DNA of 64,000 nt from Octopus sinensis (GCF_006345805.1 NC_043013.1:23312001-23376000); one strand, 5' to 3'; shown: positions 1 through 12,233, numbered from the stretch's first letter. Numbers and translations: made by a program. The notes: generated by a model from the sequence alone, not told the origin.

Positions 1-349
1 TATATACATTGACCCGTGTAATCTTAGATGCACCATGTCTTTAAAAAGAAAGAGATGCTCAGGCTGCTTTTGAACCGAGATCTGGTTTTGATATTTTGGG
101 AGCAGATAAATTGTCTTTTTTTAGTTTCCTATTTATTTCTATTCCTTCTACATTTTATTTATTCATTTATTCTTGCTTAAGTCATTGGACTGCAGCCCAT
201 GCTGGGGCATGCCTTGAAGGGTTTTTGTTGATCCCAATGCTCATTCTGTCAGTGTGTGTGTGTATTATACACACACACACACAAGCACACACAACAGCTT
301 TGCATAGCGTCTGTTTACCCATTTCATCCACCTGACATTAGTCGGCCCA

Positions 350-760
350 AAACTTTTCCTTAACTCCCTTTTGGAGCATAGAGTTCCAACAAAAGACTGC
401 CATCTGTTTTCATCTTTGGCAATGGATTATAATTTGCGCCCAGGTGTAGCTACCTGTCATCAGTGCTTCGGTTTCCATGGTCCTTCTCCATGTTGCCTTT
501 GGTCTGATCTGCTTGGTGTGTTGTTAGGAAGGCTTGTCTTGTAATGTTGAAAATGGGGTTTATGTAGGGTTGTGTATCCACCAGCCCCATTTCCTTCTAC
601 TTGATCTGGGTTCACTTGTTGCTACAAGTGTTTATGAATCTGTCTTGCCATAGCATCTGAAAGAAGTTCCAGAGACATTTCTTCACAAACGTTTGGAGCT
701 TGTTGATGGAGATCTTTATGACTCTCCATGTTTCTCCTGCATACAGCAGAACTGTCTTCA
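350..760 (-). mobile_element. Degenerate 3' end of an RTE-clade LINE ORF
   Basis: Minus-strand translation gives KTVLLYAGETWRVIKISINKLQTFVKKCLWNFFQMLW, then after frameshifts ATWRRTMETEALMTGSYTWAQ and AKDENRWQSFVGTLCSK. This matches the C-terminal pattern of RTE ORFs (LLYGxETW...TWRRT...WR). Confidence 0.8.
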
Positions 761-1164
761 TGTTTGTCAGGCTGAAACTATAATAGCTGAAGAAATTTAC
801 CCAAAGTGGCACACATAGCAACTGAACCCAAATGAAATTCTTAGCCCTACAGTTATACCTGTACCCATTTGTATACATTTTGACACATTTTCAAGGAGTG
901 TTTCTTCAATTCCTTCATCCCTCTGTGTCTGCACAAACACTGTAACCATGACATGCTATTGGCCCCATAACAAATTGCTAATAAATGAATTCCTCTGAAT
1001 AACCAAGATTCCATATATTTCTCAGAATCAAGGTTTCTGTGCAGAACTCTAAAAAAAAAAATGATTTCTTCGACAGCCACCAACCTTTTCCATAACCTTA
1101 ATATATCTTCATACACTGGTGAACTTCACTAAACACAACATTCTTTGTTAGATGTGGCTTTACT

Positions 1165-1214
<50 letters not shown>

Positions 1215-1216
<2 letters not shown>

Positions 1217-2060
1217 ATAAGATTAGCTCGTATACGAGTGGATATATATTTGTAAAAAATGAAGTTTGAAAATGCTGCTATATTAGACAAATTTTAATTT
1301 TTATATATACATTATTTATTTAACATGTTTCGGTTCTTGAAATGACGAACCTTATCAAAAAAAATTATATATAAAAAAGATAGTTCATGCTATCAAATAT
1401 AAAAAATTCATATATAATATTCAATAGAATCAAACATAAAAAATTCATATATAGTAAAGCAAGTCCATGCTATATGTTTAAAGAGTATGATGTAGTAGTT
1501 CATAGTGGTGATATGCATTCAATAGAGTCAAATATAAAAAATTCATGTTCTTGAAAAGCGAGGAATTCATTTTAGATTTTATCTTGTGTTCCAATGGGAG
1601 CAACTGTAATGATTTTTGGTTGGTGTCTGTTCGTATAGTTTTGGTGAATTTTGTGAATTGTTTGGGTTTATATCAGCTCAGCTTAGCTGTCTCACTTGCA
1701 TTTTTCACTGACGTCATATAGTTCCCAACCAATCAAAACTCAGTCTCAACGAATATATCCTGTTAGGAAACCAACCAAGCAGAACGACAGTTTGGCCACG
1801 GAAGAAATACGTCATCCTTGTTTTTGACGGATTGAAATTAGATCTGATCCATGACTGTATCCTGTTAGGTGGGTAGTCCAGCGGAACGAGACGTCATCAA
1901 TGTTTTGACCAATCATCTCGTTAGGTGGCTAGTCCAGCAGAACGGGACGTCATCAATGTTTTGACCAATCATCCCGTTAGGTGGCTAGTCCAGCAGAACG
2001 AGACGTCATCAATGTTTTGACCAATCAGAATCGGGTCTGACCTATAGCTGTATTAGATTT
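1215..2060 (-). mobile_element. Probable Penelope-like element terminal-repeat relic
   Basis: Bounded by (TA)n tracts. Contains a degenerate minimal hammerhead-like motif at 1321-1358 (-) and a 56-bp tandem array with CRE/CCAAT motifs. The family assignment is inference. Confidence 0.4.
1864..2027 (+). repeat. 56-bp tandem repeat, 3 copies
   Basis: Unit GTTAGGTGGCTAGTCCAGCAGAACG(A/G)GACGTCATCAATGTTTTGACCAATCATC(T/C)C starts at 1864, 1920 and 1976. Confidence 0.95.
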
Positions 2061-2316
2061 GACTAATATATATATATATATATATAAATATAAGTAGACA
2101 AATGAATTATCTTATTATGGATAATTCGAAAGATAACCGATACCTGGGTAGCAAACTCACAACAGAAAGGGCACGGTTGAAGTTACGACCATAGGGCATA
2201 AAATCCGTGCCTTAGTGCGGAAATTTGAAATTTTATATATTAAATAAAATAAAATAAAGGAATTTTGTTAAATCTTCGTTCAGCTCCATTCTTTCCTATA
2301 CTTAATATATATAAAT

Positions 2317-2415
2317 CATCATCATCATCATCGTCGTTTAACGTCCGTTCTCCATGCTAGCATGGGTTGGACGGTTCGACCGGGGTTCTGGGAAGCCAGA
2401 AGGCTGCACCAGGCT
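2317..2415 (-). mobile_element. Family A repeat (RTE-type 3' end), short copy
   Basis: (CAT)n followed by GTTTAACGTCCGTTCTCCATGCTAGCATGGGTTGGACGG; the same family occurs at 11400, 14215, 46810 and 48350. Confidence 0.85.
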
Positions 2416-3356
2416 ATATATATATATATATATATTAGGCAAGCCTTTCCTTATGAATAACCTCAGCCAGTGGCTCATCCATCTTTCACACTGGCTTCTA
2501 CACAGGGATCTGATTTCACTAACCCTTTAATAAAACATAAACCAAACTCAGTGCATCCATCTTTATCCTCTCTTCATTTCTTGGACATTGGTCTGCATTC
2601 TGTTCAGCCTTAATCCTGCAGTTTTTGGAATTTGCTTTGCATTCAGTTTTTTATTGCTTTTTTTTTTCTTTCTCTTAAGCCATAAAGCTGTAGTAATTTG
2701 AAATTGTACATTAATTAGAGACTTGATTATCTTCATATTCCTTATATCATGAAGGTCTTAAAACAGTTTCTGTGGAATCTCCTTCTCAGTCTACTGGACA
2801 AAAGAACTTTTTGGAACACCATACTTTGTTTTTAGGGGGTTCATTTTGCAGATAAGAGATCAAACTAATTTCTTGCTGTGTAATCTAAAGTTAGCCCAGA
2901 TGTAGCTGATAGTCAAGGGTATTCTAAGCATGACTATTCTATCTTTTTTTCAGGCATAGTCTATCTAAGACTACATAATCCAGTGTGTCTTTCTTTTTCA
3001 AGATTGCGGTATGTGACATGAGGGAGATTTTGCTACTTCTAGCTGCTCCCTTGTTTGACTGGGAAGCAAATGTCTGGTGGAACTAAATCAAAATCAAAAG
3101 ACCATCACCAGAAGAATGTTTCCCTTGACTCTTGATATTTTTCAATGTAAACGAGAAGTTTGATGGCAAATGAATTAACAAGATCTGCTAATTAGTCTAT
3201 ATCTTCTGTCTCAGTAATGTCATTACATAATTTTAATTACTAAAGGTTTCGTTCATGCTTAATTAATGATCCCTTACACTTCTTTATAAATATATTAACG
3301 ATGATGTTATAATTAACCATGTCAGTGCAGGCTGTGTTTGGTTTCATTTGTTGCAG

Positions 3357-3461
3357 ATTACCGGTGCCAAAGCCCCTCCATTGAAATATCTTGGAGAATG
3401 GCTGCAGAAAAATCCATGTTTTGATGTTGATCCAAAGTGGGCAGAACTAGTCATGTCAAAA
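3357..3461 (+). CDS. CHD7/kis: Penultimate coding exon of a CHD7/kismet-family remodeller, C-terminal half of a BRK domain
   Basis: Acceptor tttcatttgttgcag and donor AAA/gtgagt. 105 nt, phase 0-0, translating ITGAKAPPLKYLGEWLQKNPCFDVDPKWAELVMSK, which fits the BRK pattern (TGxxAPxLxxLxxWLxxNPxFxVxPxW). It joins the next exon in frame. Confidence 0.85.
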
Positions 3462-3719
3462 GTGAGTGTTTCATATTCTACTTAACACCTTTCCATTTCT
3501 TTTTCTTCTTCTTCTTCTTAGTAATATTTATTAACATGCTTTTCAAGAAGAGTGTGTGTGTGTGAGTGTGTATTATTTGGCAAGTGCTGCCTAAAAAAAA
3601 ACTTATTAACCATCTTACAAACAATAACTCTGAGCACCTTTTCAAACTCCATCTGTCTAACACACGTGGACATGTTTACAAAGTCAGAAAACAGCACAAA
3701 CACTACTCCTGATTTTCTC

Positions 3720-4016
3720 CCCCTCCTCCACTTTTTCTTCTTCTCTTTCTTCTTCTTCTTCTTCTTCTCTTCTTCTTTTTCTTCTTCTCTTTCTTCTTTT
3801 TCTCCTTCTCTTTCTTCTCCTTCTCTTTCTTCTTCTTTTCTCTCTTCTTCTTCTTCTCTTCTTCTTCTTTTTCTTCTCTTTCTTCTTCTTTTCTTCTTCT
3901 CTTTCTTTTCTTCTCTTTCTTCTTTTTCTTCTTCTCTTTCTTCTTTTCTTTCTTTTCTTCTTTTCTTCTTCTCTTTCTTTTCTTCTTTTTCTTCTTCTTC
4001 TTCTTCTTCTTCTTCT
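3720..4016 (+). repeat. About 300-bp pure pyrimidine (CTT/CTTTT) tract in the last CHD7/kis intron
   Basis: Seen directly; it explains the spurious poly-K/R/E and poly-F/S ORFs at 3552-4140. Confidence 0.95.
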
Positions 4017-4160
4017 GTTGATTATCATGCATGTTTTTGCTTTCATTATCCTGATGAGAGTGTCTTGTTTTAAATCTGATGTGCAAAGAGTTTCGTTTGT
4101 GTCTTTCCTTTTTGCATTCCTCTTCTGGGGTTAAACTCAATCTCCTTGTTTATCTTTCAG

Positions 4161-5449
4161 GGGAATTTACCAGAAACTTTGAAGTCACGAGTTGTTAGTA
4201 GCAGTGGTCGTCGACGTCGCAACGCCCGTGACTCCTACCCACAGCATATGGCTTATGCAGATCCGACCACACTTGCGGCTGCTGCGCAGCTTAACGCCTT
4301 CCGCTATGCCAACCCTGCTCTCCTAGCAGCTTTTTCCAAGCTACCATTTTCACTACCATTTGGCACACTTCCCAACTTGGGGATGGGAAATTCTATGTTT
4401 AATTTCCCTGGATTTAATTTGCCTGGCTTGACGGCGCCGACTCTTGCAACGTCTGGAGCTGCTGGTCTGGATATCGGTGGCAGCAACCAGCTCGACAGTA
4501 AGGGTTCTTTGAACAGCACAACGGACAAGCAAGTCAGTACATCGACTTCAACCACATCACAAACTTCATCTTCACCTCCTCCCACCCCTCATCCATCATT
4601 CCCACTGTTATATAAGCCCCTTATTTATAACCCTCTTTTAGCTGCTCAAAACCTCCGCAACTTCAATTTACCAGCAAGTCTGGCTTCTTCTTTCCCATCT
4701 TTGTCTCAAGGGGGCAACTTGATGAACGGCCAAGCAGACTCTGAACCCGAAAACAATGGCCACATGGCAACAAGTGCTTCTACTGCTAATACTATCACTA
4801 CTACTTCTGTTTCTTCTACTACTACCACTACCACTGCAACTGCTGTTGCCAGCAGTGTGCCATCAGTGGCACAATCGGTGTCGGCTCTGAGCAGTTGTGT
4901 GGACAAGATTGCTGTGAAGGAGGGCAAGAAGGATTCCAAGATGAAGACTGACACAAGCGACAGGGCTGAAGATCTGAGCGTGAAGAAAATCCCTGCCAGG
5001 GCCGGTTCCACGGCTAAGCACCTGTTGAGCCACAGCAGCAAGGACAGTGTAGAGGAGAAAAGCAGTGAAGAGTTGAAAGCTGCCGATTCTTCGAAATCGA
5101 CCACAAAGAGCAGGCCAAAGATCCAGCAGTCTTTAAAATTGAACCGAATCGTGGATTCGCTGAAGGACAAAGTGAAAAACCTGGATCCATTACGAAGTAA
5201 AAGAGAAATTCCTCAGGAAAAAACAACGACGACGGTTTGTGACACTGCTCTCAGCAGTAACAACAACAACAACAACAACATTATACAGATTACTACAAAT
5301 AGTAGTAGTAGTTGTAGTGGTGGCAGCAGTGGTAGTAGTAATAGTAGTAGTAGTAGTAATAATAAGAACGATAACATTAAACAGAATAAGGATGACAACA
5401 ATAGCTGTAGTAGTGTTAGCAACAACATTAAACAGAACAGTAGTAGTAA

Positions 5450-5481
<32 letters not shown>

Positions 5482-5888
5482 ATAGCAACAGCAGCAACAA
5501 TAACAACAATCACCATGGTAATATTAATACTAGCAGTAAAGATGTCAGTGACGACACTGAGACGAATTGTATTAGTAGCGGCAGCAGCAGCAACATAATT
5601 ACCACCACAAGCAGTAAGAGTCACAACAGCAGCAATAGTAGTAGTAGTAGTAGTAGTATAATTAACACCTCAAACAGCAAATGTCACAATAACAATAATA
5701 GTAGTAGTAGTAGTAGTAGTAGCAGTAGCAACAGCACTAATACCATCACCATCACCACCAACACCACCACCACTACTACTACTATCACCACCACAAACAA
5801 CAACAACAACAACATCAACAACAATAATAATTGTCAGACTGAAAGTGTGGGAGAAGACAAAGCAGAAGCATTTGGGGAAGAAAGATGA
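4161..5888 (+). CDS. CHD7/kis: Terminal coding exon of the CHD7/kismet-family gene
   Basis: Acceptor ttgtttatctttcag at 4160. Continues the BRK exon in phase 0 (GNLPETLKSRVVSSSGRRRR...) and is open for about 575 codons to TGA at 5886-5888. A C-terminal BRK followed by a disordered tail is the CHD6-9/kismet architecture. The helicase exons lie outside the window, so orthology is inferred. Confidence 0.8.
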
Positions 5889-6499
5889 CAGAAGCAGCAT
5901 ATTTAAGGGGGTTGGGGATGGACATTAAAAAAAAAAGGGGTTGTTTCTACCCCCCACATCCCACACCCAAAAAAGAAAAGAACTAGAGGTGGTGGTGGGG
6001 GAATCCAGAAACAACAACAAATACAAAAAATAACAGTAAAAAGGAAAGGAAAAGAAGCCAAGACAAGAATACCATTATTATTATTATTATCATTATTATT
6101 ATCATTATTGTTTTGTCTAGGGGCTTGCTTGGACTTCTTTGTTTTCCTTAACACACTAACCAGACATTTGGAGGTTTGTTTATCCCCTAAATTAAAAAAA
6201 AAATTATCACTATCATCAACATCATCATCATCATCATCATCCTTATCATCATCATCATCATCATCGTGATTATTATTATTATTATTATTATTAATGTTGT
6301 TGCACAAATTGGTTGGAATGGTAGAACCTTGGACAAAACCGTCACAGCACTTGGTCTTGTTTCTCTCTCTCTCATTTTCTTTCTTCTGAAACCCGAGTCA
6401 GCTTTTTGCTATTTCCTACCATTGAGGTGAATGAAAGAAGTCCCTGGAGAGGCAACAAACAATGTCAGTTTGACTTTTTATGTTCTTCATCGCCTGTGG

Positions 6500-6660
6500 C
6501 TGAATGGCTTCGGTGTTGAGCTCACGAAACTATTAGGTCATGGTTTCAATCCCTTGGCTGGGTGGTGTGTTGTATCCTTGAGCAAGGCACTTCATTTTAC
6601 ATTGGTTCCAGTCCACTCAACAGAAATTGAGGACCAGAAAAAAACTGGTGAACTATGACA
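6500..6660 (+). mobile_element. Old tRNA-related SINE fragment
   Basis: A-box-like TGGCTGAATGG, B-box-like GGTTTCAATCCC, followed by GTATCCTTGAGCAAGGCACTT. Confidence 0.55.
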
Positions 6661-6835
6661 GATGAAAGTCCTGCATCTGGAGAGAGTCTTGAACGCTCAG
6701 TCATTTAAATGCCATTGAAACTAGAAAAAGCTCTGACCAAATGGCCATTCAGGCTTGAGACAGACTTCATCCCTTCTGCAAATATTCACTTTATTTATAT
6801 GCCTTGTGGAAAAAAAAAAAACAAAGAAAAACCAA

Positions 6836-6867
<32 letters not shown>

Positions 6868-7090
6868 ACAGTGTTGGTTGCATTCCATGAACAATGACAG
6901 AATTTTTTTTCCTTCATTTTTGGAAATCTCTGTGATTTCCTTACAATTCCATTTTTCCTGGCAGCATTTTAATTTTTAATTTTTTTTTTCATTTTATTGA
7001 TTGGTTGATTCTCACTTGTTTGTTTTTCTTTTTTTAAATTTCTGATAATACTGATTTATTATTTTTTTTACTGTAGTTTTATTAATATGG

Positions 7091-7122
<32 letters not shown>

Positions 7123-8249
7123 AAGTGAGTACCACAGAGTAGATGTAATCTTTTAGCAAACGAAGCTCATGACCAAGTTTTTGACTCCCAGTTGTAGCAT
7201 TTTCACTTCATTAATACCAGTAATGTCTTTGGGGGAAGGTATGGAATTCCTATCTCTCATAACCCTTCACACAAAGAGACATCTCTGCTTTCTTGTCTCA
7301 ATAAGAAACACTTTTTGTTTTGATGGTTAGAAAGAGTGGTGGTAGAGTTGATAGAACGATGCTATTTAATTACATCACTTTATCATAACCCGAGTCGAAA
7401 TGTTAGTGGAGACAGGGCCCATCCCCCTTAACCAACTCTTTTTGTGTGGGATAAAGAAGGGCCGATGAAAAACAACTTGACTGACTCTGCCCTCTTCCCT
7501 CAAGCTTTTCATTCTGAGTTCAAATCCCTGTAGGCTAGGGTTCTGCCTTCATATTGTTCGGGTCTGATAAAAATAAAAGTGCCAATCAAATACTGACATT
7601 AATTTAATCATCTCTACCCTCTCCACCTCCACCCTGCCAGATTTGTGGCTTTGTGCCAAAATTAAGGAATCCTCATTATTTTACTGCACATCACTGAAAT
7701 TACAATCAAGAAATAGACTTCCACAATGGATATTAAAGAGTCACTCTCTGGCAAAAAGGATATTTATACAAACGAACTTCTGGTTTTGATTCTGAAGCAA
7801 GCCTACAGCGAGAGGACCATAACCCTCACTGGTTTCCATGGTAATCAGTTTGGAATACTGATAATTCTAAGACTAAAATGATTTGGTCGGCTACTCGTGC
7901 ATAGGTGGGAAACTTTTTAAGTATCAGGGGGAAATTGCAGTGACTTAAGAACCTGTGAAGGAACATCTATGCTGAGGAAAATAATGGATCTCTAATCTTA
8001 CATATTCTTAGGTTTCTAATCCAAATTAAATTTTTGTTTTAATATTAACGAATAAGCCCTTCCTGCTTTGTTTATATGGCTATTTGGCATTTCAAACTTG
8101 AATGTTCTCAGACAAGAAGTATCCCTCCATTCCTATACGAATGGATCAAGCAAATATTTTGTCTTGGGTAAATATCTATGATATTACTATGGTTTCTCAT
8201 TTTTGTTGTTGTTCTCATTAAATTATTATTATTATTATTATTATTAAAG

Positions 8250-8470
8250 TGGTGAGCTGGCAGAATCATTAGCATGACTGTGAAATGCTTAGTGGTATTT
8301 TGCCTGTCGCTACGTTCTGTGTTCAAATTCCACCAAGGTCAACTTTACCTGTCCTCCTTTCAGGGTCAATAAATTAAGTACCAGTGAAACACTGGGGTCA
8401 AAGTAATCAACTAGTCCCCTCTCTCAAAATTTCAGGCCTTGTGCCTTTAGTAGAAAGGATTATTGTTATC
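8250..8470 (+). mobile_element. Family B tRNA-derived SINE
   Basis: GGTGAGCTGGCAGAATCATTAGC...GTTCTGTGTTCAAATTCC...CTTTCAGGGTCAATAAATTAAGTACCAG; homologous to 34336-34727. Confidence 0.85.
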
Positions 8471-8869
8471 ATCATCATTATCATAGATAGAAAGTGCTTT
8501 TAATACTTGAGTAAACCAAACGTGCCAAGTTTTTGAAATTCTTTCCTTATGTGACCCCATAACAATTCCTAAATGTCACATAATCTCATTTGCTTTTTAA
8601 TTCTAGGACCCTGTTCTGGTATAAGTGTCAATCCTGCTCTAAGGTTAAATTAGATTCCGTTTCCTGGGGGTTAATTCCATTTATTAAAACCTCTTCCCCC
8701 TAAAATTATACTTAGATGAAATATTACCGTGAGCTTCTATATTCTGAGTTCAAATTGTGCCAAAGCCTCTCATCCTTTTGCGGCTGATGAGACAAATGAA
8801 TTACTGTTGTAATTAATCGTTCTCTCTCTTCAAAACTGCAAACCTTGAACCAATGATTATTATTATTAT

Positions 8870-9125
8870 AAGGCTGGTGAATTGGCTGACTCGTTGGAGC
8901 ATCGGAAAAGAGTGCCTTGTGGCATTTGTTCTGGCTGTTGTGTTCTGAGTTCAAACTCTGCTAATGTCAACTTTGGTCTTCATCCTTCTGGGGGTCAATA
9001 AAATAAGTACCAGTTGCGTCCTGGGCTGAGGGTGGGGGGGGGAGGGTGTCGATGTAATCGATTAACCCCCCCCCCCTTCCTCTAAATTTCCAGACATTGT
9101 GCCTATATTAAGAGTTATTCCTTTT
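8870..9125 (+). mobile_element. Family B tRNA-derived SINE
   Basis: Same head and GTTCTGAGTTCAAA core as the other family B copies. Confidence 0.8.
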
Positions 9126-9229
9126 ATCAGGATTCGAGAGACAAGCAGAAACCAAAGAGCACTGAAAAAGATGCTTCAGAGGAGAGAGTCATGTTCCTTC
9201 GCCTTTGATCCCCTCCGTAGATTAATTAA

Positions 9230-9448
9230 TCCATTAGCATTTAGATTACTTTGTCAAATGTAGTCCTTATTTAATTCCATTGTTTTGAATTAATCCCGGA
9301 TTATCTCATAGCTTTGGGATTTTGATGATGTGACTGCTTATTTTCAGGACGACATTGTAGTGCAGGTGCGAGAGGCCAGACCTGGCTAGTTTGAACATTA
9401 AACCGAATATTTGGGCTGGACGTGACTGGTTTGAATGCTTATAGGGGG
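9230..9448. mobile_element. Probable piggyBac-type MITE
   Basis: TTAA on both sides (9226-9229 and 9449-9452) and imperfect inverted ends TCCATTAGCATT / AATGCTTATAGGGGG. Confidence 0.5.
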
Positions 9449-9884
9449 TTAAGCCAGTGATTGAACTCTTCTCTCTACAATTTGTGGCTTCGTGTCACTG
9501 TCAACAACCATCAGTACCATTATTACAAATTCACAGAAAGTTATAAAAACCAAAGAAACAACGAACAGAAACTAGTGAGGGGGGTGGGGGTGGAGAGGGT
9601 CGGGCTGAGGGAATGGAAATATCCAAACGAACAAACTCTTAGAAGAGGAAATGATGTGGGAAGGGCTGGATGGAACTTAGTGACAAAAAACGATCCCTTT
9701 GTAATCTCTGGGAAGTGTGGGGTGAGGGAGGTGTCTATTCCCTTCTCCATTAACCTGATGAATTTTTTTTTCTTCTTAAAACCCCTCTCCTCCTCCCCCT
9801 TTCTGACACTCTCTCTCTCTCTTGCAGCAAAACTTTTTCACCATTGCAATCTTTCACCACTGCAACAAGCTTCAGTTTGATATA

Positions 9885-9929
9885 CATACATACATACATA
9901 TATATATCTATACATATATCTATACATAC

Positions 9930-9966
<37 letters not shown>

Positions 9967-10195
9967 TACACACACACATTTATATATATATATATATAAA
10001 TTTTTATATATATATATATATAAATTTATATATATACATACAGTGTCTGTGTTTCTTAAGTTCTTTTGGGGGGAATGAGGAAGTGAAATGTTGAGAGAAG
10101 AAAGGAAAAGTAAATTAATAATGGAATGAAATTTGTTTCAAAAAAGCTTTGCTTTTAATTAGCTTTAAAAAAAATATTTTTTCTTATTTATTTTA

Positions 10196-10285
<90 letters not shown>

Positions 10286-10288
10286 ATA
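9885..10288. repeat. (TA)n/(TACA)n microsatellite cluster
   Basis: Seen directly. Confidence 0.95.
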
Positions 10289-10899
10289 AAATTTCAAAGA
10301 CAGTGGCTTTGAAGAATTTAAGATGCTGGTTTACTTATTTGGTGAAGAGCAAGTGCGTGTGTGCGCATATAAAATCTTGGGTCTTTCCAGCCGCTCTGTT
10401 GCATTCTTTCTTTCCTTCCTTAGACTGTTCAAATTGAAAATGTGTTACCTCACTGCACCCCTCACCCTTCACCTGGTTCCAGTGCTGATTCCATAATTAG
10501 CAATTGGAAGAGCAGAACTGAGCTTTAACAGAAAAAGAAAACTATTTGTTCCAACAAATATTGATATGCAAAATATTTAAAAAAAAAAAAAAAAAAAAAA
10601 AATCAACCTCCTCGTGCTAGCATGGGGGGGGGAAAATGGATTGGAAACAATTTTGAAAATATAAAAAGATAAACATAAAATCTTTGTACATTTTTCCTGA
10701 CACCTGAAATAGCAAAAAAGAAAAAAAAAAAGGAAGAAAAAGAAAAACGAAAATTTTTTTTAAAGTAAAAAAAAAAAATTAGCAAAATTGAATTAAATGA
10801 AAATTGAAAGGAAATAAAAGACTGAGATATTTTTCAAAACATTACCAAACGCGTTTTAAATGTTTTTCTTGTGGTCATTTGAAATATTCTTGTGTTTGT

Positions 10900-11150
10900 C
10901 ATCTTTTGTATTCGCCTTCATGATGCAGCCTCCCAAGAGCAGACTTCCCATTGCCTTACACTTGGATTGCTTGCTATTTCTTTGTCCAACTGACATCCTT
11001 CATATTCACCACCACATGTCCTCCATATCACTACATTCTCCTCTCTTGCACACTACCTCTGATTCTTCTCATATTCAGTTTTTTTTTTCAGCATATTTTT
11101 GCTCTGTCAATCATGTACGCTAACATTACACACCCATAACCTTTGCACAC
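10900..11150 (-). mobile_element. Highly degenerate RTE LINE 3' ORF relic
   Basis: The minus strand resembles the + strand RTE fragment at 47915-48230 (AGAGGTAGTGTGCAAGAGAGGAGAATGTAGTGATATGGAGGACATGTGG versus AGATGTGGTGTGCAAGAGAAACGACTGCACTGGTATGGTCGTGTG). Confidence 0.55.
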
Positions 11151-11399
11151 AGCCATCATATCTTTCAGCAGCTCCTTGAAACGGGGTCAGTTAAAATGTA
11201 GAGTGTGTAAGGAAACTGGTGGTTGCCTACTTTGATAGACATTATGCAGGTAAGTGTTTGAGTTTGAACAAATTTGTCTGCTGTGGTGAGAAGAGAAGAT
11301 ACCAATGTTTCAGCACTAAAGGGGGAGAAAAATACTTTTCTCCCTCTCTCTCATTTAAAAGGGTCCAAACCCTAAAACATCAGATTCTTTTCCTTTTCA

Positions 11400-11665
11400 T
11401 CATCATCATCGTTTAACGTCCGTTTTCCATGCTAGCATGGGTTGGACAGTTCGACTGGGGTCTGGGAAGCCAGGCTCCAGTCTGATCTGGCAGTGTTTCT
11501 ACAGCTGGATGCCCTTCCTAACGCCAACCACTCCATGAGTGTAGTGGGTGCTTTTTACGTGCCACCGGCACAGATGCCAGGGGAGGCTGTCAACGGCCAT
11601 GATCAGTTGGTGCTTTTATGTGTCACAGACGCCAGTCAGGCGGCGCTGGTGACACATAAAAGCAC
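11400..11665 (-). mobile_element. Family A repeat (RTE-type 3' end)
   Basis: CATCATCATCGTTTAACGTCCGTTTTCCATGCTAGCATGGGTTGGAC...GGATGCCCTTCCTAACGCCAACCACTCC. Confidence 0.9.
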
Positions 11666-11706
11666 CAACTTTTTGTGGAATACAAATATATCCAAACACA
11701 TAAAAT

Positions 11707-11804
11707 TTACTCAGAAGACAAATAGTCATTAGCATGAAAGACAGATTTCTTCTTGGTGTTCGTCTTGGCCCCTGCGCTGTTGCCCTTTACTTCTTGATTC
11801 AGTG
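11707..11804 (-). CDS. Probable terminal exon of an unnamed minus-strand gene (gene A)
   Basis: Strong acceptor ttattttttgctttcag. Two frames are possible: (A)LNQEVKGNSAGAKTNTKKKSVFHANDYLSSE* (stop 11707-11709) or TESRSKGQQRRGQDEHQEEICLSC* (stop 11729-11731). Confidence 0.55.
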
Positions 11805-12233
11805 CTGAAAGCAAAAAATAAACATAAAGTTGGTTTTCTGAAATAAATGTATTTCGAAACAATAAGGAATGAATGAAATAAAGAACAATGACGTAAGAAT
11901 GAGTTTATAGTTGAGTCAGCCCCTCGCTGTGTGTCCGGCGATACATATATATAGGTGAGGGACCATTAGGCACTGTTTTATAAAGCAGATACTCTCTGTT
12001 GAAACTTTAGAAACTCGTGCTTCCAAGGACAGAATGAAGTAGAAAGTAGAAGAGTGAAAGAATTCAAATGTTAAGTCATTTAAGACGCCTCTAACTTCCT
12101 TGTAAATTCCAAGTTTTGGTTCACAGTTTCAAATGATTCTTCTTGAGGTTATTTCTCTCTCGTGAAGCCATGATTGAAAGACATTCATTCATTGGGACCA
12201 ACTTACAGAATTTGAAGACACTGAACAAGTTAA

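Noticed and set aside
853-1116. ORF with a faint resemblance to a DNA-transposase segment
   Set aside because: No diagnostic motif could be confirmed.
1864-2027. CRISPR-like appearance of the regular repeats
   Set aside because: Units are contiguous with no unique spacers, the DNA is eukaryotic, and there are no cas genes.
3478-4140. Long K/R/E-rich and F/S-rich ORFs
   Set aside because: Translations of the (CTT)n tract inside a canonical GT-AG intron.
4304-5900. Several minus-strand ORFs (poly-L, poly-V, poly-T) over the kismet exon
   Set aside because: Antisense shadows of a coding exon and its trinucleotide repeats.
9030-9610. G-run clusters (about 9030-9047 and 9578-9608) with G-quadruplex potential
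   Set aside because: Short, partly inside a SINE, with no supporting context.
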